64,000 bases of DNA, from contig JBEGVH010000029.1 of NCBI GenBank assembly GCA_041178425.1, forward strand, positions 51,770 to 115,769, given 5' to 3'. Below the pieces are notes generated by a model. The model did no database searches and was not told where the DNA came from. It worked only from the letters and a program-made list of their open reading frames with translations. Every line of letters begins with the position of its first letter. Position 1 is the first letter of the stretch. This stretch comes from Pseudomonadota bacterium. GTDB lineage: Bacteria > Bdellovibrionota > Bdellovibrionia > Bdellovibrionales > Bdellovibrionaceae. A program made the translations under genes and the position numbers. Shown in pieces: positions 37,187-46,907 of the stretch.

Positions 37187-37873
37187 TTACTTTTTAGCTT
37201 CGTTTTTGATTCCCATCAATTCAACGTCGAAAACGAGAACTGAATTTGGCGGAATGCCAGGACGAGGTGAAGCGCCGTAACCTAGCTCAGGTGGCACATA
37301 CAATTTAAACTTTGAACCAACTTTCATAAGTTTCAAAGCTTCTGTCCAACCAGGAATAACACCAGTCACTGGAAAGTCGGCTGGTTGGTTACGATCGTAG
37401 CTTGAATCAAACTTTTGACCGTTAACTAATTTACCCTCGTAATGAGCTGTAACAACATCTTTATCAGACGGAGTTGCGCCCGAGCCTTCTTTGAGAACTT
37501 GGTATTGAAGACCAGAAGCTGTCGTCTTAATGCCAGACTCCGCTTTGTTCTTTTCTAGGAAAGCTTGACCCTCTTTCTTGTTCTTTTCAGCCACTTCGGC
37601 TTGTTTTTTAACAGCCATTTCTTGAAGCTTCATAAGAGCCTGTTGAATCTCTTCTGGCTTTAACTTTAAATCTTTACCAGAGAGAGCATCGCTCAATCCC
37701 GCTGCCAAAGCAGTGCTATCGATGTCGATATTTTGCTGCTTCATGTTGTTTCCAATTTGGGTTCCGATCCCATAACTGGCCTTTTGCACATCGTTATCTA
37801 GCTTCGCTTTTTTCTCGCAAGCAACCGTACCTAAAACAGCTGCTAACAAAAGTCCCCAAATCAAACGGTTCAT
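37187..37873 (-). CDS. fkpA: FKBP-type peptidyl-prolyl isomerase (FkpA/Mip-like lipoprotein)
   Basis: ASYGIG dimerisation domain, TASGLQY, FDSSYDR, VIPGWTEAL and IPPNSVLVFDVEL. Confidence 0.93.
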   Translation of the reverse strand: MNRLIWGLLLAAVLGTVACEKKAKLDNDVQKASYGIGTQIGNNMKQQNIDIDSTALAAGLSDALSGKDLKLKPEEIQQALMKLQEMAVKKQAEVAEKNKKEGQAFLEKNKAESGIKTTASGLQYQVLKEGSGATPSDKDVVTAHYEGKLVNGQKFDSSYDRNQPADFPVTGVIPGWTEALKLMKVGSKFKLYVPPELGYGASPRPGIPPNSVLVFDVELMGIKNEAKK

Positions 37874-38028
37874 GATCTCTCCCTTGTTGTTAAAATAATT
37901 AGGGTTTCTGTTCAAAAGTAATTCAATCAGAGTGCTAAATTAATCTCAAGCAGGATTCAATTCTTATAAAAAATGGCGCGGGATGCCGAAATTTCATAAA
38001 TCAGGCCTGCGCCACTCTGCATGGCAGA

Positions 38029-38265
38029 TTATACCTCTGTGGATTCCTTTTTTTTCTCGGTGGCAGCCGCTTGGTAGGATTCGCCATCAGTACGAGTTGA
38101 GCTTTGAAGCTTTTCTTTGTCGTCTTCAGTGGGCCCACTCAAGCCTTTCTTAAAACCCCGAATAGCTTCACCAACAGATTTTCCAAGGCTCGGCAATCGG
38201 CTCGGACCAAAAAACAACAATGCAACAACGAGAATCAATATGATTTCTGGAACACCAAGGTTCAT
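38029..38265 (-). CDS. tatA: Twin-arginine translocase TatA/TatE subunit
   Basis: LGVPEIILILVVALLFFGPSRLPSLGKSVGEAIRGFKKG. Confidence 0.95.
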   Translation of the reverse strand: MNLGVPEIILILVVALLFFGPSRLPSLGKSVGEAIRGFKKGLSGPTEDDKEKLQSSTRTDGESYQAAATEKKKESTEV

Positions 38266-38398
38266 TTAACCACTCCTTATAATAGGGTCGTCTCATTTCA
38301 ACACAAAGACCGACTTTCAAATTCAACCTTATTGCGGTTCTAACGAATTCCTCGAAAGTTGGCTATTTATATTTTATTCTAATAAAAAGGCGGGGGAT

Positions 38399-38857
38399 AT
38401 GAATCGCTTGCTAATTTTATGGACTCTTTTAGTTTCTTTGTCTCCCCTTTGGGCCGCTCAGGGGAACTTCTCAACAAAAAACCCAGAAAAAGTTGAGACC
38501 GAGGAATCTTCCGACGAAGCACCAACTAAAACCTTTACCGATCAAATCAAGAGTGTTCGGGTGTATGGCGACGATTATGATGTCTTTTTCATGGAAAATG
38601 GAGGCCCGTACGAGGTTCCCTACTCTTTCCCTCAGTCAAAAAGTTCCGTTCTTCCCGAGGAATTGATCAATGAGGCTTACAAGAATGGCAGCACACTCAC
38701 CGTGACTGTTGATAATAAGACCGACACCCTCATTTCGATCTCTTCACAGTCCGAGAGAAACCCTGCCTCCGAAGGATCCCCGAAACATAATCCCCTCCCG
38801 AAGGAACTCGAAGCCTATAAGGATATCATCCAAAACGCCCTCTCACCAAAAAAATGA
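38399..38857 (+). CDS. Hypothetical secreted protein
   Basis: Signal peptide; RNPAS motif. Confidence 0.65.
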   Translation: MNRLLILWTLLVSLSPLWAAQGNFSTKNPEKVETEESSDEAPTKTFTDQIKSVRVYGDDYDVFFMENGGPYEVPYSFPQSKSSVLPEELINEAYKNGSTLTVTVDNKTDTLISISSQSERNPASEGSPKHNPLPKELEAYKDIIQNALSPKK

Positions 38858-38895
38858 CTTTTTGAGAGGATCTCTTTTCCCACCGCTGATGGGGT

Positions 38896-40980
38896 ATGAT
38901 ATACCATAGGCTAATGACTCAAGAGATCTCTCGTTCGCGACTTTTTTTATTTTGGTTCAAAGGATATTTGAGTGTCTTAGGTGCATCTCTAGCAGGAATG
39001 ACAATCGTCAGACTTCTTTGGTTTGTTGCCTACAACAAAGGAGACGAACTCTCTCATTACTCTGGAGACCTTCTTAAGGCCCTTTGGCTTGGTCTTCGTT
39101 TTGACCTCTCAGCCCTCTGTCACCTAACGACAATTTCTTTAATTCTCTGGTTGCCATGGTTAATCTTAGGCCCGAACCGTTGGTCGTCAAAAATGTTAGG
39201 GCTCCAAAAAAACCTCTGGGCTTTTCTCTTAGTGATTTTATCTTTGATCTTAATCGCTGATTTCGCCTTTTATGGTTTTTTTCAAGACCACTTGAATGTT
39301 CTCATTTTTGGATTCATTCAAGATGACACCCAGGCTCTCATCAGAACATTTTGGAAGAACTATCCCGTCATCGAAGGGGCTGTGATAATTGCCTTGTTTT
39401 ACTGGGCCTGCCAACGGTGGCTTAAAAAACTTTGGCTAGGGCCTCAAGAAGATTTTCAACCACAACTCAAATTTCCGGCCCTGGCTATTGCTGTGATTTA
39501 TTTTTTAATCGGTCTCGGAGCAAGAGGCTCCACCGGACTTTTTCCTCTAGAAATCATGCACACGGCGATTTCGAGTCAGTCGTTCATTAATGCCTTGAGC
39601 TTCAATGGCCCCCACGCTCTCGTGAGGGCTATCCAGCTTTATGATCAACAACATCAGCGTTGGAACGAAAATCTTCTGCAATTGGGATACGAACAAGATC
39701 CTCAACGCGCTATTATTGACTTTAGTCAAAAACCCATAAAAGAAAATTCAGACCCTTTTGGACTTCTTATTACTAGGACATCAAAAAAAGATTTAAACCA
39801 TAAACCACTCCCCCATGTCGTGGTAGTTCTTATGGAGTCTTGGGGCTCCGATTGGATGAAACTAAACTCCCCCACTTTTAATGTTCTTGGAGCTTTTGCA
39901 AAACATAAAAAAGAAGATCTGTTTACTCCCTCTTTGATGCCCTCGAACGTGGCAACGATTGGAAGCCTCGGCAGCTTGCTCGTTGATTTGCCGCACCGAT
40001 TTTACAGCCCCTTTCTCACTGAGAGCACCTACCTAAATGTGGAATTCTCCACGGCGCCCGCAAGAATTTTTCAGGCGCAAAAGTATCAAACTCACTTTAT
40101 TTATGGCGGAAACTCTGGCTGGAGAAGTATCGACCAGTTTATCCCTCGCCAAGGCTATGGTCGTTTGCATGCTGAGGCCGACATCAAAGCAAAGTTCTCA
40201 GAGGTTAGTGAAGACGACCTCCTTCACGATTGGGGAGTGTACGACGAATACGTTTTTAAATACGCCCAAGATCTTTTGTTGAAATCGACGAGTCCTCAGT
40301 TTATTTTTATTTTAACCACGAGCAATCATCCTCCTTACACGACGCCTCCGTCCTATAAAAAATTACCCCTGGAGTTTACCCCCGCCATTGAAAGCAAACT
40401 CATCGGAGACGTTCAACTTGGAAAAGAAAGGCTCATGGCCTTTCAGTACGCGAATCAACAACTCGGGCTATTTCTCGACGATGTTAAAAAAGGTCCGCTT
40501 GCCAACCGCACCTTAATTGCCGCCACGGGCGACCATAGTTTTTATATTCGGTCTTATGAAAATCTCGAAATTTTCGAAAAATGGGCTGTTCCGCTTTACC
40601 TAAAAATTCCTCCCTCTCATCAAATGGAACCTAAACCGATTTTGTCGATAGGAAGCCACATCGATATCTTTCCTACTCTTTACAATTTGATTTTTTCTGA
40701 GCTGGATTACACGAGTCTCGGTCAGGATTTATTGAACCCCAATCAAAAGACGTGGAGTTTTCATACGCCGTCCCTGAGCGCCTTCAGTGAAAACATCGGT
40801 ATCATCGTGAGTCCAAAGGGAGAAATAGTAAACCCTCTTTGCAGAACCCCTGATTTTAAAATTGAAAATTGCCCCAAGAACGATCTCCATGAGCTAGCTC
40901 GCAAACGGCTCCTTTCGCTTATTGGAACGGCCGATCTCCTCTTTGAACGAGACCGAAAGAAAGGACTCTCTCCAAAATGA
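38896..40980 (+). CDS. LTA synthase/sulfatase family membrane protein
   Basis: N-terminal TM helices (GLRFDL); VVVVLMESW, WGVYDE, LTTSNHPPY and ATGDH. Confidence 0.9.
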   Translation: MIYHRLMTQEISRSRLFLFWFKGYLSVLGASLAGMTIVRLLWFVAYNKGDELSHYSGDLLKALWLGLRFDLSALCHLTTISLILWLPWLILGPNRWSSKMLGLQKNLWAFLLVILSLILIADFAFYGFFQDHLNVLIFGFIQDDTQALIRTFWKNYPVIEGAVIIALFYWACQRWLKKLWLGPQEDFQPQLKFPALAIAVIYFLIGLGARGSTGLFPLEIMHTAISSQSFINALSFNGPHALVRAIQLYDQQHQRWNENLLQLGYEQDPQRAIIDFSQKPIKENSDPFGLLITRTSKKDLNHKPLPHVVVVLMESWGSDWMKLNSPTFNVLGAFAKHKKEDLFTPSLMPSNVATIGSLGSLLVDLPHRFYSPFLTESTYLNVEFSTAPARIFQAQKYQTHFIYGGNSGWRSIDQFIPRQGYGRLHAEADIKAKFSEVSEDDLLHDWGVYDEYVFKYAQDLLLKSTSPQFIFILTTSNHPPYTTPPSYKKLPLEFTPAIESKLIGDVQLGKERLMAFQYANQQLGLFLDDVKKGPLANRTLIAATGDHSFYIRSYENLEIFEKWAVPLYLKIPPSHQMEPKPILSIGSHIDIFPTLYNLIFSELDYTSLGQDLLNPNQKTWSFHTPSLSAFSENIGIIVSPKGEIVNPLCRTPDFKIENCPKNDLHELARKRLLSLIGTADLLFERDRKKGLSPK

Positions 40981-41987
40981 ATTCAAACGAATCAAATATG
41001 AACATTTGGGGCTGGAAAGATTTTTTTGCCCAACAAGTCACAACAGAATCTCCCGATCAAATTGCCCGCGTCATCAAAGAACAACGAGATCATCTTTTGT
41101 TGATCGATGGGACGGGACGAATGATTGGCGGTATTATATCTGGAAACTGGAAAAAACGCCGCGATGACTTTGAAAATCCAAGCGTAGGAGATTGGGTGAT
41201 TGTCGACGATAAAACGAATGATCGTGATGGCATTTCGTTCTACCGTATCAAGCAAAGGCTCAATCGATTTTCGCAAATCCTTAGGAAAGCTGCGGGCCCT
41301 AGTGAAAAATCTCAACTTTTAGCAGCCAATGTTGACGTTGCCTTTTTAGTTCAGTCGAGCAATCAAGATCTTGATGTGCGCCGGCTCGAACGCTACCTTT
41401 CTCTTTTAGGCGACGGTGAAATTAAGCCGATTATTGTTCTTACTAAGTGCGATCTACCCAACACTGAGAAAAGCGAAAAAGAACTCTCTGAGAGATTCCC
41501 AGCGATTCCCTTACTGATGACTCGTTCGGATCAACCCAACAGCATAAAGCTTTTAGAGCAATACCTTGGTCTTGGAATCACTAGCGTTTTTCTTGGTTCA
41601 TCGGGGGTCGGCAAATCGACGCTCACCAATCTACTCTTGGAAGCTGAGGCTCAACTCGTGCAGGACATACGGAAGAATGACTCGAAGGGACGCCACACAA
41701 CCACGGGCCGATCAATGTTTCTTCTTGAGAGCCAGCGCGGGCTAGTCATCGACACCCCAGGACTGCGTGAAGTGAAGCTCCCTCAAAACGAGAGCAATGT
41801 TGAAGAGGCGTTTTCTGAAATTCTAGAGCTTTCACTCAAATGCCGTTTCGCCAATTGCCTCCACAAAACAGAACCCCAGTGCGCTGTTAAAGAGGCAGTC
41901 AAACAAGGACTTCTCTCTCAAGATAAACTCACTCATTACCAAAAACTCAAAGAAGAAACAAAAAAGAACCTCTATTCAAAAAAATAA
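40977..41987 (+). CDS. rsgA: Ribosome small subunit-dependent GTPase A
   Basis: VGDWV, AANVD, TKCD, GSSGVGKST, GRHTTT, DTPG and CRFANCLH..EPQC. Confidence 0.95.
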   Translation: MNSNESNMNIWGWKDFFAQQVTTESPDQIARVIKEQRDHLLLIDGTGRMIGGIISGNWKKRRDDFENPSVGDWVIVDDKTNDRDGISFYRIKQRLNRFSQILRKAAGPSEKSQLLAANVDVAFLVQSSNQDLDVRRLERYLSLLGDGEIKPIIVLTKCDLPNTEKSEKELSERFPAIPLLMTRSDQPNSIKLLEQYLGLGITSVFLGSSGVGKSTLTNLLLEAEAQLVQDIRKNDSKGRHTTTGRSMFLLESQRGLVIDTPGLREVKLPQNESNVEEAFSEILELSLKCRFANCLHKTEPQCAVKEAVKQGLLSQDKLTHYQKLKEETKKNLYSKK

Positions 41988-42030
41988 AAGGCTTGTTGTT
42001 TAGTGTAAAAAAAAAGGCTAGCCTATAAGT

Positions 42031-42768
42031 GTGAGCAATACTGATTTTTTTAAACATTTTTTGTTTTTTAGCGAAACGCGCGAGATCTCTGATCTGATAC
42101 TTCCGATGGCCGAGCGAGCGTCTTTAACACCTATTATGGCCGCCTCAATAGAAGACTTTTGGGCACAGTGGACCGAAGCCAAGGCCTTTATTAATATTTT
42201 GGCCACCGATAATCTAAAGCTTTTTTTGGAGTCTCAACAAAATCAGTACCAGGCAAACCTTGCTCCTCTTTGGTTAATCACTGCTCAAAAGACTACGTCT
42301 ACAAATACTGCCTGGCCATTGTTCGTCGACGAAGTCCTCTTTAAACCCATCGACGAATCAACGTTTGACGTGGCAAAATCTTTTTGGTCTCCATCGACCC
42401 AAATTTTTGCGCAAACCGCCCTCGATCAATTAGCCAAAATGAGCACCCCTGATCTCGTCATCAAGATTTTGGGCTCTTTTAATGCAAGCTTAGATCAAGC
42501 GCTGATTCAGATTTTACACCACCTCAACGAAAGAAACCTAAAAGACTTATCAACCACCTGCCACTCATTAAAAGCATCGGCCAAACTCGTGGGCGCTCAA
42601 GCGCTCTATAACTTATGTCAATGGGTTGAAATTAAAGAAAGAACTCAATCTCCCATCACGGAAAAGTTTGCCAATCAAAGCCGACAAATTCTGATCAAGT
42701 CTCAAAAATATTTTGAAATCCTAAACACAATTCCCATTGAAAAGTTATTAACTAAAAATCCTCACTGA
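42031..42768 (+). CDS. Hpt (histidine phosphotransfer) domain protein
   Basis: CHSLKASAKLVGAQALYNLC. Confidence 0.72.
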   Translation: MSNTDFFKHFLFFSETREISDLILPMAERASLTPIMAASIEDFWAQWTEAKAFINILATDNLKLFLESQQNQYQANLAPLWLITAQKTTSTNTAWPLFVDEVLFKPIDESTFDVAKSFWSPSTQIFAQTALDQLAKMSTPDLVIKILGSFNASLDQALIQILHHLNERNLKDLSTTCHSLKASAKLVGAQALYNLCQWVEIKERTQSPITEKFANQSRQILIKSQKYFEILNTIPIEKLLTKNPH

Positions 42769-43068
42769 ATCGCACCCCCAATTACCTCACTATGTAGGCT
42801 CCCCAAGCGCTTGGATCGACCTCTTCGAACTATGTTTTTTTTTCACAAGTCAGCAAAACTTGTCGATACACTAAATCATTTTCGGTTCAAGACGCGGCGT
42901 ATGTGGACAGGGCCGCAAATTTTTTTCTAAAGTTTAATGGTTTCTTAATAAATTCTAGATTGTGGAGAAAATCTAGGTAATTAAAGGGCTTAGATTCTAA
43001 GCCCGAGTGCCTTCAGCACAAAGGATTTGTGTTGTAACTAGTCGTGTTTTGCCTTCAAGGAGGACTTT

Positions 43069-43608
43069 GTGATTATCAGAAATTTAATTAACCTTATTAA
43101 ACATAATCGTGGAACGATCGTAGTGGTTGGTTTTTGCGCGATAACAGCCTGTGGACCTGCACCTGAACTTTTAGCCAATGAACAAGTTCTCAACGGAGAA
43201 ACGATCGCAGACGAAAACACCCAACCTCAGCAGCCGCCCGAAGAGACAACTCAAAGCAAAAAAGAGTATCAGGCTAAGGCCACGGCCTATTATCCAAGTA
43301 ACGACGGCGTCGAAGGAGGATTTAAAGACCGCAAGGGCAATAATCTCCATCCACTTCAAAAGTTTCTCGCTGGCGAAGCACCCTACGTGTCCGTCGCCAT
43401 GGACACTCACGCGTTTCCGTACGGAACAAAGCTGAGAATTCCAGAATTTGAAAAGCACTATGGCAAACCGATTGAATTTCGCGTTGTTGATACAGGCGGG
43501 GCCTTCAAAGGGAAAGGCACTTCAAGAATTGATATTTGCGTAGAGTCTAAGAAAGACATCTACCATCCACTTGTTAACGGAACGCTCACACTGATACCAG
43601 CCCGATAA
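43069..43608 (+). CDS. 3D domain-containing lipoprotein (cell-wall lytic transglycosylase-like)
   Basis: ITAC lipobox; ATAYYP, VAMD, VVDTGGAFKG and RIDIC. Confidence 0.85.
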   Translation: MIIRNLINLIKHNRGTIVVVGFCAITACGPAPELLANEQVLNGETIADENTQPQQPPEETTQSKKEYQAKATAYYPSNDGVEGGFKDRKGNNLHPLQKFLAGEAPYVSVAMDTHAFPYGTKLRIPEFEKHYGKPIEFRVVDTGGAFKGKGTSRIDICVESKKDIYHPLVNGTLTLIPAR

Positions 43609-43641
43609 ATAGGACCCACTGCCGGCATGGCTAGTTCCATG

Positions 43642-44085
43642 TTATCTTAATTGTTTAAATTGATCGAGAATCTCGAGAATTTTTTCGGATTCAATAGGGT
43701 CTTCACGCAATAAATCAGTCGCTAAAATAAATTTTTCTTTTCGCGATTTCACTCGAGCGATTGAGATCCACATCGGAATACTAAAAAAAAAGCCCATCCA
43801 ACTAAATAAACAGGCAATAAAACCCATGATTAGATACTGTTGTTGGCCAGAAACACTCTCCCTAAATTCAAAGTCCACAATCGAATCGTTTTCAATGGAC
43901 CAACGTTTACCGACCCTAGAGAGTTGCTCATTGATTTTTTGATATCTCTTATTTTGGCGATTCAGAAACCAAATTGAAAAAAATAACCAGCTTAAAAAAG
44001 TAATGGGCACACCAAAAAATAAAATAACTACATCACTAAATAAAGCCGACGCCAAAACACTTTCCCCTTCTAGCTGTAAGATCAA
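43642..44085 (-). CDS. Hypothetical membrane protein
   Basis: Two hydrophobic segments; directly follows the mevalonate operon. Confidence 0.6.
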   Translation of the reverse strand: MILQLEGESVLASALFSDVVILFFGVPITFLSWLFFSIWFLNRQNKRYQKINEQLSRVGKRWSIENDSIVDFEFRESVSGQQQYLIMGFIACLFSWMGFFFSIPMWISIARVKSRKEKFILATDLLREDPIESEKILEILDQFKQLR

Positions 44086-44115
44086 AAAAAATATAATTTA
44101 TTTTGATCCGACCTT

Positions 44116-45006
44116 TTACCAACAAGAGATTAATTTAGATCGTAAGAGCTCTGGCGGATCTTCCTTCCAATAACTTAAAATATAGCCACCGCCGCCCGAG
44201 CCCGTTGGTTTAACCGCCAAAGCTCCGGCGTCCATGAGCTGCCGCATTTCACGCTCAACCACTCCCTCGGTGAGACCCCAGGCTTCGAAGCTCTGGCGAG
44301 CTTTATTGATCGCCTCCACCAATTTGATTTCTTTGTCGCGGTCACTGTCCGAGGCTCGAGTCAGTAAGGCGCACATGGATTCCACGGCATCACTCATTGC
44401 CTGATCTAAACTCTGCCCAACAACAGGGTTGGCACCGAGAAATTCTTTAACCTGCTGAACACAAGCGTGAGTAAGACCTTTTTGCCCTGAGGCACTGAGA
44501 TAAAATTTTGGTTTCCACTGAATATCTAGAGCGATAGAGGGGGCAAATCGAGAAAAACAAAGCGGGCATCCAGACAATACTACTGCCACATCGACTCCAC
44601 TGCTCTCGCCGTGAAAGAGATTTTCAAGCTCCCGACAAAAAGACTCTAACTTCGAAACATCCACCCAACCTAAATCAGCCAGCCATCGGCCAACAACAAC
44701 ACACAGTGCTGCCGACGCACCCAATCCATTACCAAGGGGCAGGTTACTTTCGAGAATGATAGAGCCCTTGAGATCTTTTCGGGGTCGGCCCAAAATTTCC
44801 AGAGCACGATCAACGAGTCCATAAAAAAGCAACTGATAGGTTTCGCCCGTTGACCCGCGAAATTGAGCAACCAGGTCACGCTCAGTGGGTTCAAAATAAA
44901 GATTCATCTGCATCGCAGGGAGAGGAAACACAAGGGCTCGACTCCCTCGCAACACAGCATGCTCTCCCGCCAAAATCCATTTTCCGGTGCTACGATAAAC
45001 ATTCAT
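44116..45006 (-). CDS. mvk: Mevalonate kinase (GHMP family)
   Basis: GKWILAGEHAV, PLGNGLGASAA, FHGESSGVD and KPTGSGGGG. Confidence 0.88.
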   Translation of the reverse strand: MNVYRSTGKWILAGEHAVLRGSRALVFPLPAMQMNLYFEPTERDLVAQFRGSTGETYQLLFYGLVDRALEILGRPRKDLKGSIILESNLPLGNGLGASAALCVVVGRWLADLGWVDVSKLESFCRELENLFHGESSGVDVAVVLSGCPLCFSRFAPSIALDIQWKPKFYLSASGQKGLTHACVQQVKEFLGANPVVGQSLDQAMSDAVESMCALLTRASDSDRDKEIKLVEAINKARQSFEAWGLTEGVVEREMRQLMDAGALAVKPTGSGGGGYILSYWKEDPPELLRSKLISCW

Positions 45007-45009
45007 TAC

Positions 45010-45975
45010 TTATTGCCCCGCGATCACTGCGTAATCCATCGCGCGAATTTTTTCAGCCTGTGTTAGACGAAGAGCTTTTTGATCTTGTCGATAGAGTAAA
45101 TGAATATTTGGACCGGCATCCATTGTCACCAGAGGGCCGTCGCCCTGCTTCACCCATTCTTCTTGTAGCCAACGTAACGCCAGCAGCGTTTTAGGACTCA
45201 TATAAAAAAACGATGGAGAGCTCGTCTCAAACAACACATGCATATCCCAGAACTCGCTCCAAGCCAGTTCGTACATCGCAACCCACGAGTTTTTTTGCAT
45301 CAATAAGTGTTGTAAAGCTTCACTGCGTTTTTCTGCTCGATCAATCCGCCCAACAAAAAGTGAACTCGTCGTCACTCGTTTATGAGCTTCACTTGATGAA
45401 ACCGACTTAATGGCCCCATCAACAACAACAACAGAATGAAGCAGGTCGCCCCAGACGTTTTCAATCGGGCAGACTCGATCGTCAGACCAATAAACCCAAG
45501 GCCCAAAAAAAGAACGACAACTGCTGCCAGAACCCTCGCGACTGAGACGCGCCAGTTCCTCGCGACTCCACTCTCGCTCCAAAACTCCTATTTTACGAAA
45601 CAGCCCATAGGCCGCATCAGTGAGCGCAGCAAAACTCGATGCCGAAGAGGCTAGCCCACAATCGGAAGGAAAATCATTTCCCGAAAAGATCACAACGCCC
45701 TTCTTAAACGAAGGTGCCATTCTTTGTCGACAACGCTCCCAGTGAGCTAAAAACTTATTTTTCCCCGTTTCACTCAATTGGAAGGATGGCTCGAGAGGCT
45801 TCCACGTCGTAGCCATATCATCGGTCACCTCAATGACTACAGTGGTTAGCAAATGCGGGAGAGTAAAAGAAATTGATGAGTTGGTCGCGGCATTTTTAGC
45901 GGCATCAGTTTTACCCATGTACTTTATGAGGGCAATATTTGATGGAGCTTTAGCTTCAAAGCGTATCAAAGACAT
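45010..45975 (-). CDS. mvaD: Diphosphomevalonate decarboxylase
   Basis: PSNIALIKYMGK, GLASSASSFAAL, SGSSCRS and TMDAGPNIH. Confidence 0.93.
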   Translation of the reverse strand: MSLIRFEAKAPSNIALIKYMGKTDAAKNAATNSSISFTLPHLLTTVVIEVTDDMATTWKPLEPSFQLSETGKNKFLAHWERCRQRMAPSFKKGVVIFSGNDFPSDCGLASSASSFAALTDAAYGLFRKIGVLEREWSREELARLSREGSGSSCRSFFGPWVYWSDDRVCPIENVWGDLLHSVVVVDGAIKSVSSSEAHKRVTTSSLFVGRIDRAEKRSEALQHLLMQKNSWVAMYELAWSEFWDMHVLFETSSPSFFYMSPKTLLALRWLQEEWVKQGDGPLVTMDAGPNIHLLYRQDQKALRLTQAEKIRAMDYAVIAGQ

Positions 45976-46907
45976 GGAGCCTCTCCTGAGATAGATTTTG
46001 GCTCCAATCTCTTCGAGATCACTTCGTAGGAAAAACCTTCAGTGCGTTTTTCGAGACCCCCAATAAATTTTACGCCAAGGCTTTCAATTTGCCCCGCAAC
46101 AGACGTAGCTGACTTTTTATCCACAATAACCGCTAAAACATCGGCACCCATGGCGCCACACCCCTTAGCCGCAAAAACTCCGCTGATCAAATTAATCTTA
46201 GCGAGGAGACTTCCGGTGAATGACGCTTGCCAACCGCAGTGAGCAAGCTCTTTTTGATAAGCTTTAAACCCTTGGAGAAAAAGATCAGATTCAGACGCTT
46301 TAAAGGCCGCCATCGTTGATTGATAAATTGATCGAAGAATTTTTAAATCTATTTGATTGAGCGCACTAAGATGCTCGTGAGTCGCCTGCTTTGCACCCGT
46401 AGCGAAAAAGAGAATATCCCATTGGGGAAACGGCCATGCCTGCCATTGAATTTTTCCACCACCAACATCAACTTCGACAAGACCCCCTCGAATCTGCCCA
46501 AGCAGATCGGCGCCGCTCGGAGGTACTCCCGTTTTGGTTGTTGCCAACTCTAAATATTTTTTATGGATTTTGCGAAGATCAAACTCAACTTGAGATTCAG
46601 ACTTAAAACACTCCAAACCATCTCTTAAACCCATCAACAGGGCGAGTTGAGCGGTGGAGGCTCCGAATCCGCCTCTCCCCTGATGGGGATCAACGAAGGA
46701 AAGATCAAAAGATTCAAAAAAATGTTTTTCTTGAGCAAGGTAGGCGCCGGCGGGACTGCTCTCTGAAATGCCTTCAATTTTTCCTGTTCCCGCTGTTACG
46801 ACGAGCTTAAATCGCGGCTCTAAATTTACAACCAGTGCCGCCCCCCCATGGAGAACTTGATATTCTCCTAACAAGAAAACTTTCGAACCCACTGAAAGCT
46901 CAAACAT
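45966..46907 (-). CDS. GHMP kinase, probable phosphomevalonate kinase
   Basis: KVFLLGEY, GFGASTA, PSGAD and KGCGAMGAD; operon context. Confidence 0.75.
   Translation of the reverse strand: MFELSVGSKVFLLGEYQVLHGGAALVVNLEPRFKLVVTAGTGKIEGISESSPAGAYLAQEKHFFESFDLSFVDPHQGRGGFGASTAQLALLMGLRDGLECFKSESQVEFDLRKIHKKYLELATTKTGVPPSGADLLGQIRGGLVEVDVGGGKIQWQAWPFPQWDILFFATGAKQATHEHLSALNQIDLKILRSIYQSTMAAFKASESDLFLQGFKAYQKELAHCGWQASFTGSLLAKINLISGVFAAKGCGAMGADVLAVIVDKKSATSVAGQIESLGVKFIGGLEKRTEGFSYEVISKRLEPKSISGEAPCL

Noticed and set aside
42945..43068. c-di-GMP or c-di-AMP riboswitch
   Set aside because: The conserved sequence elements of these classes are not recognisable; kept only as an unassigned structured leader.
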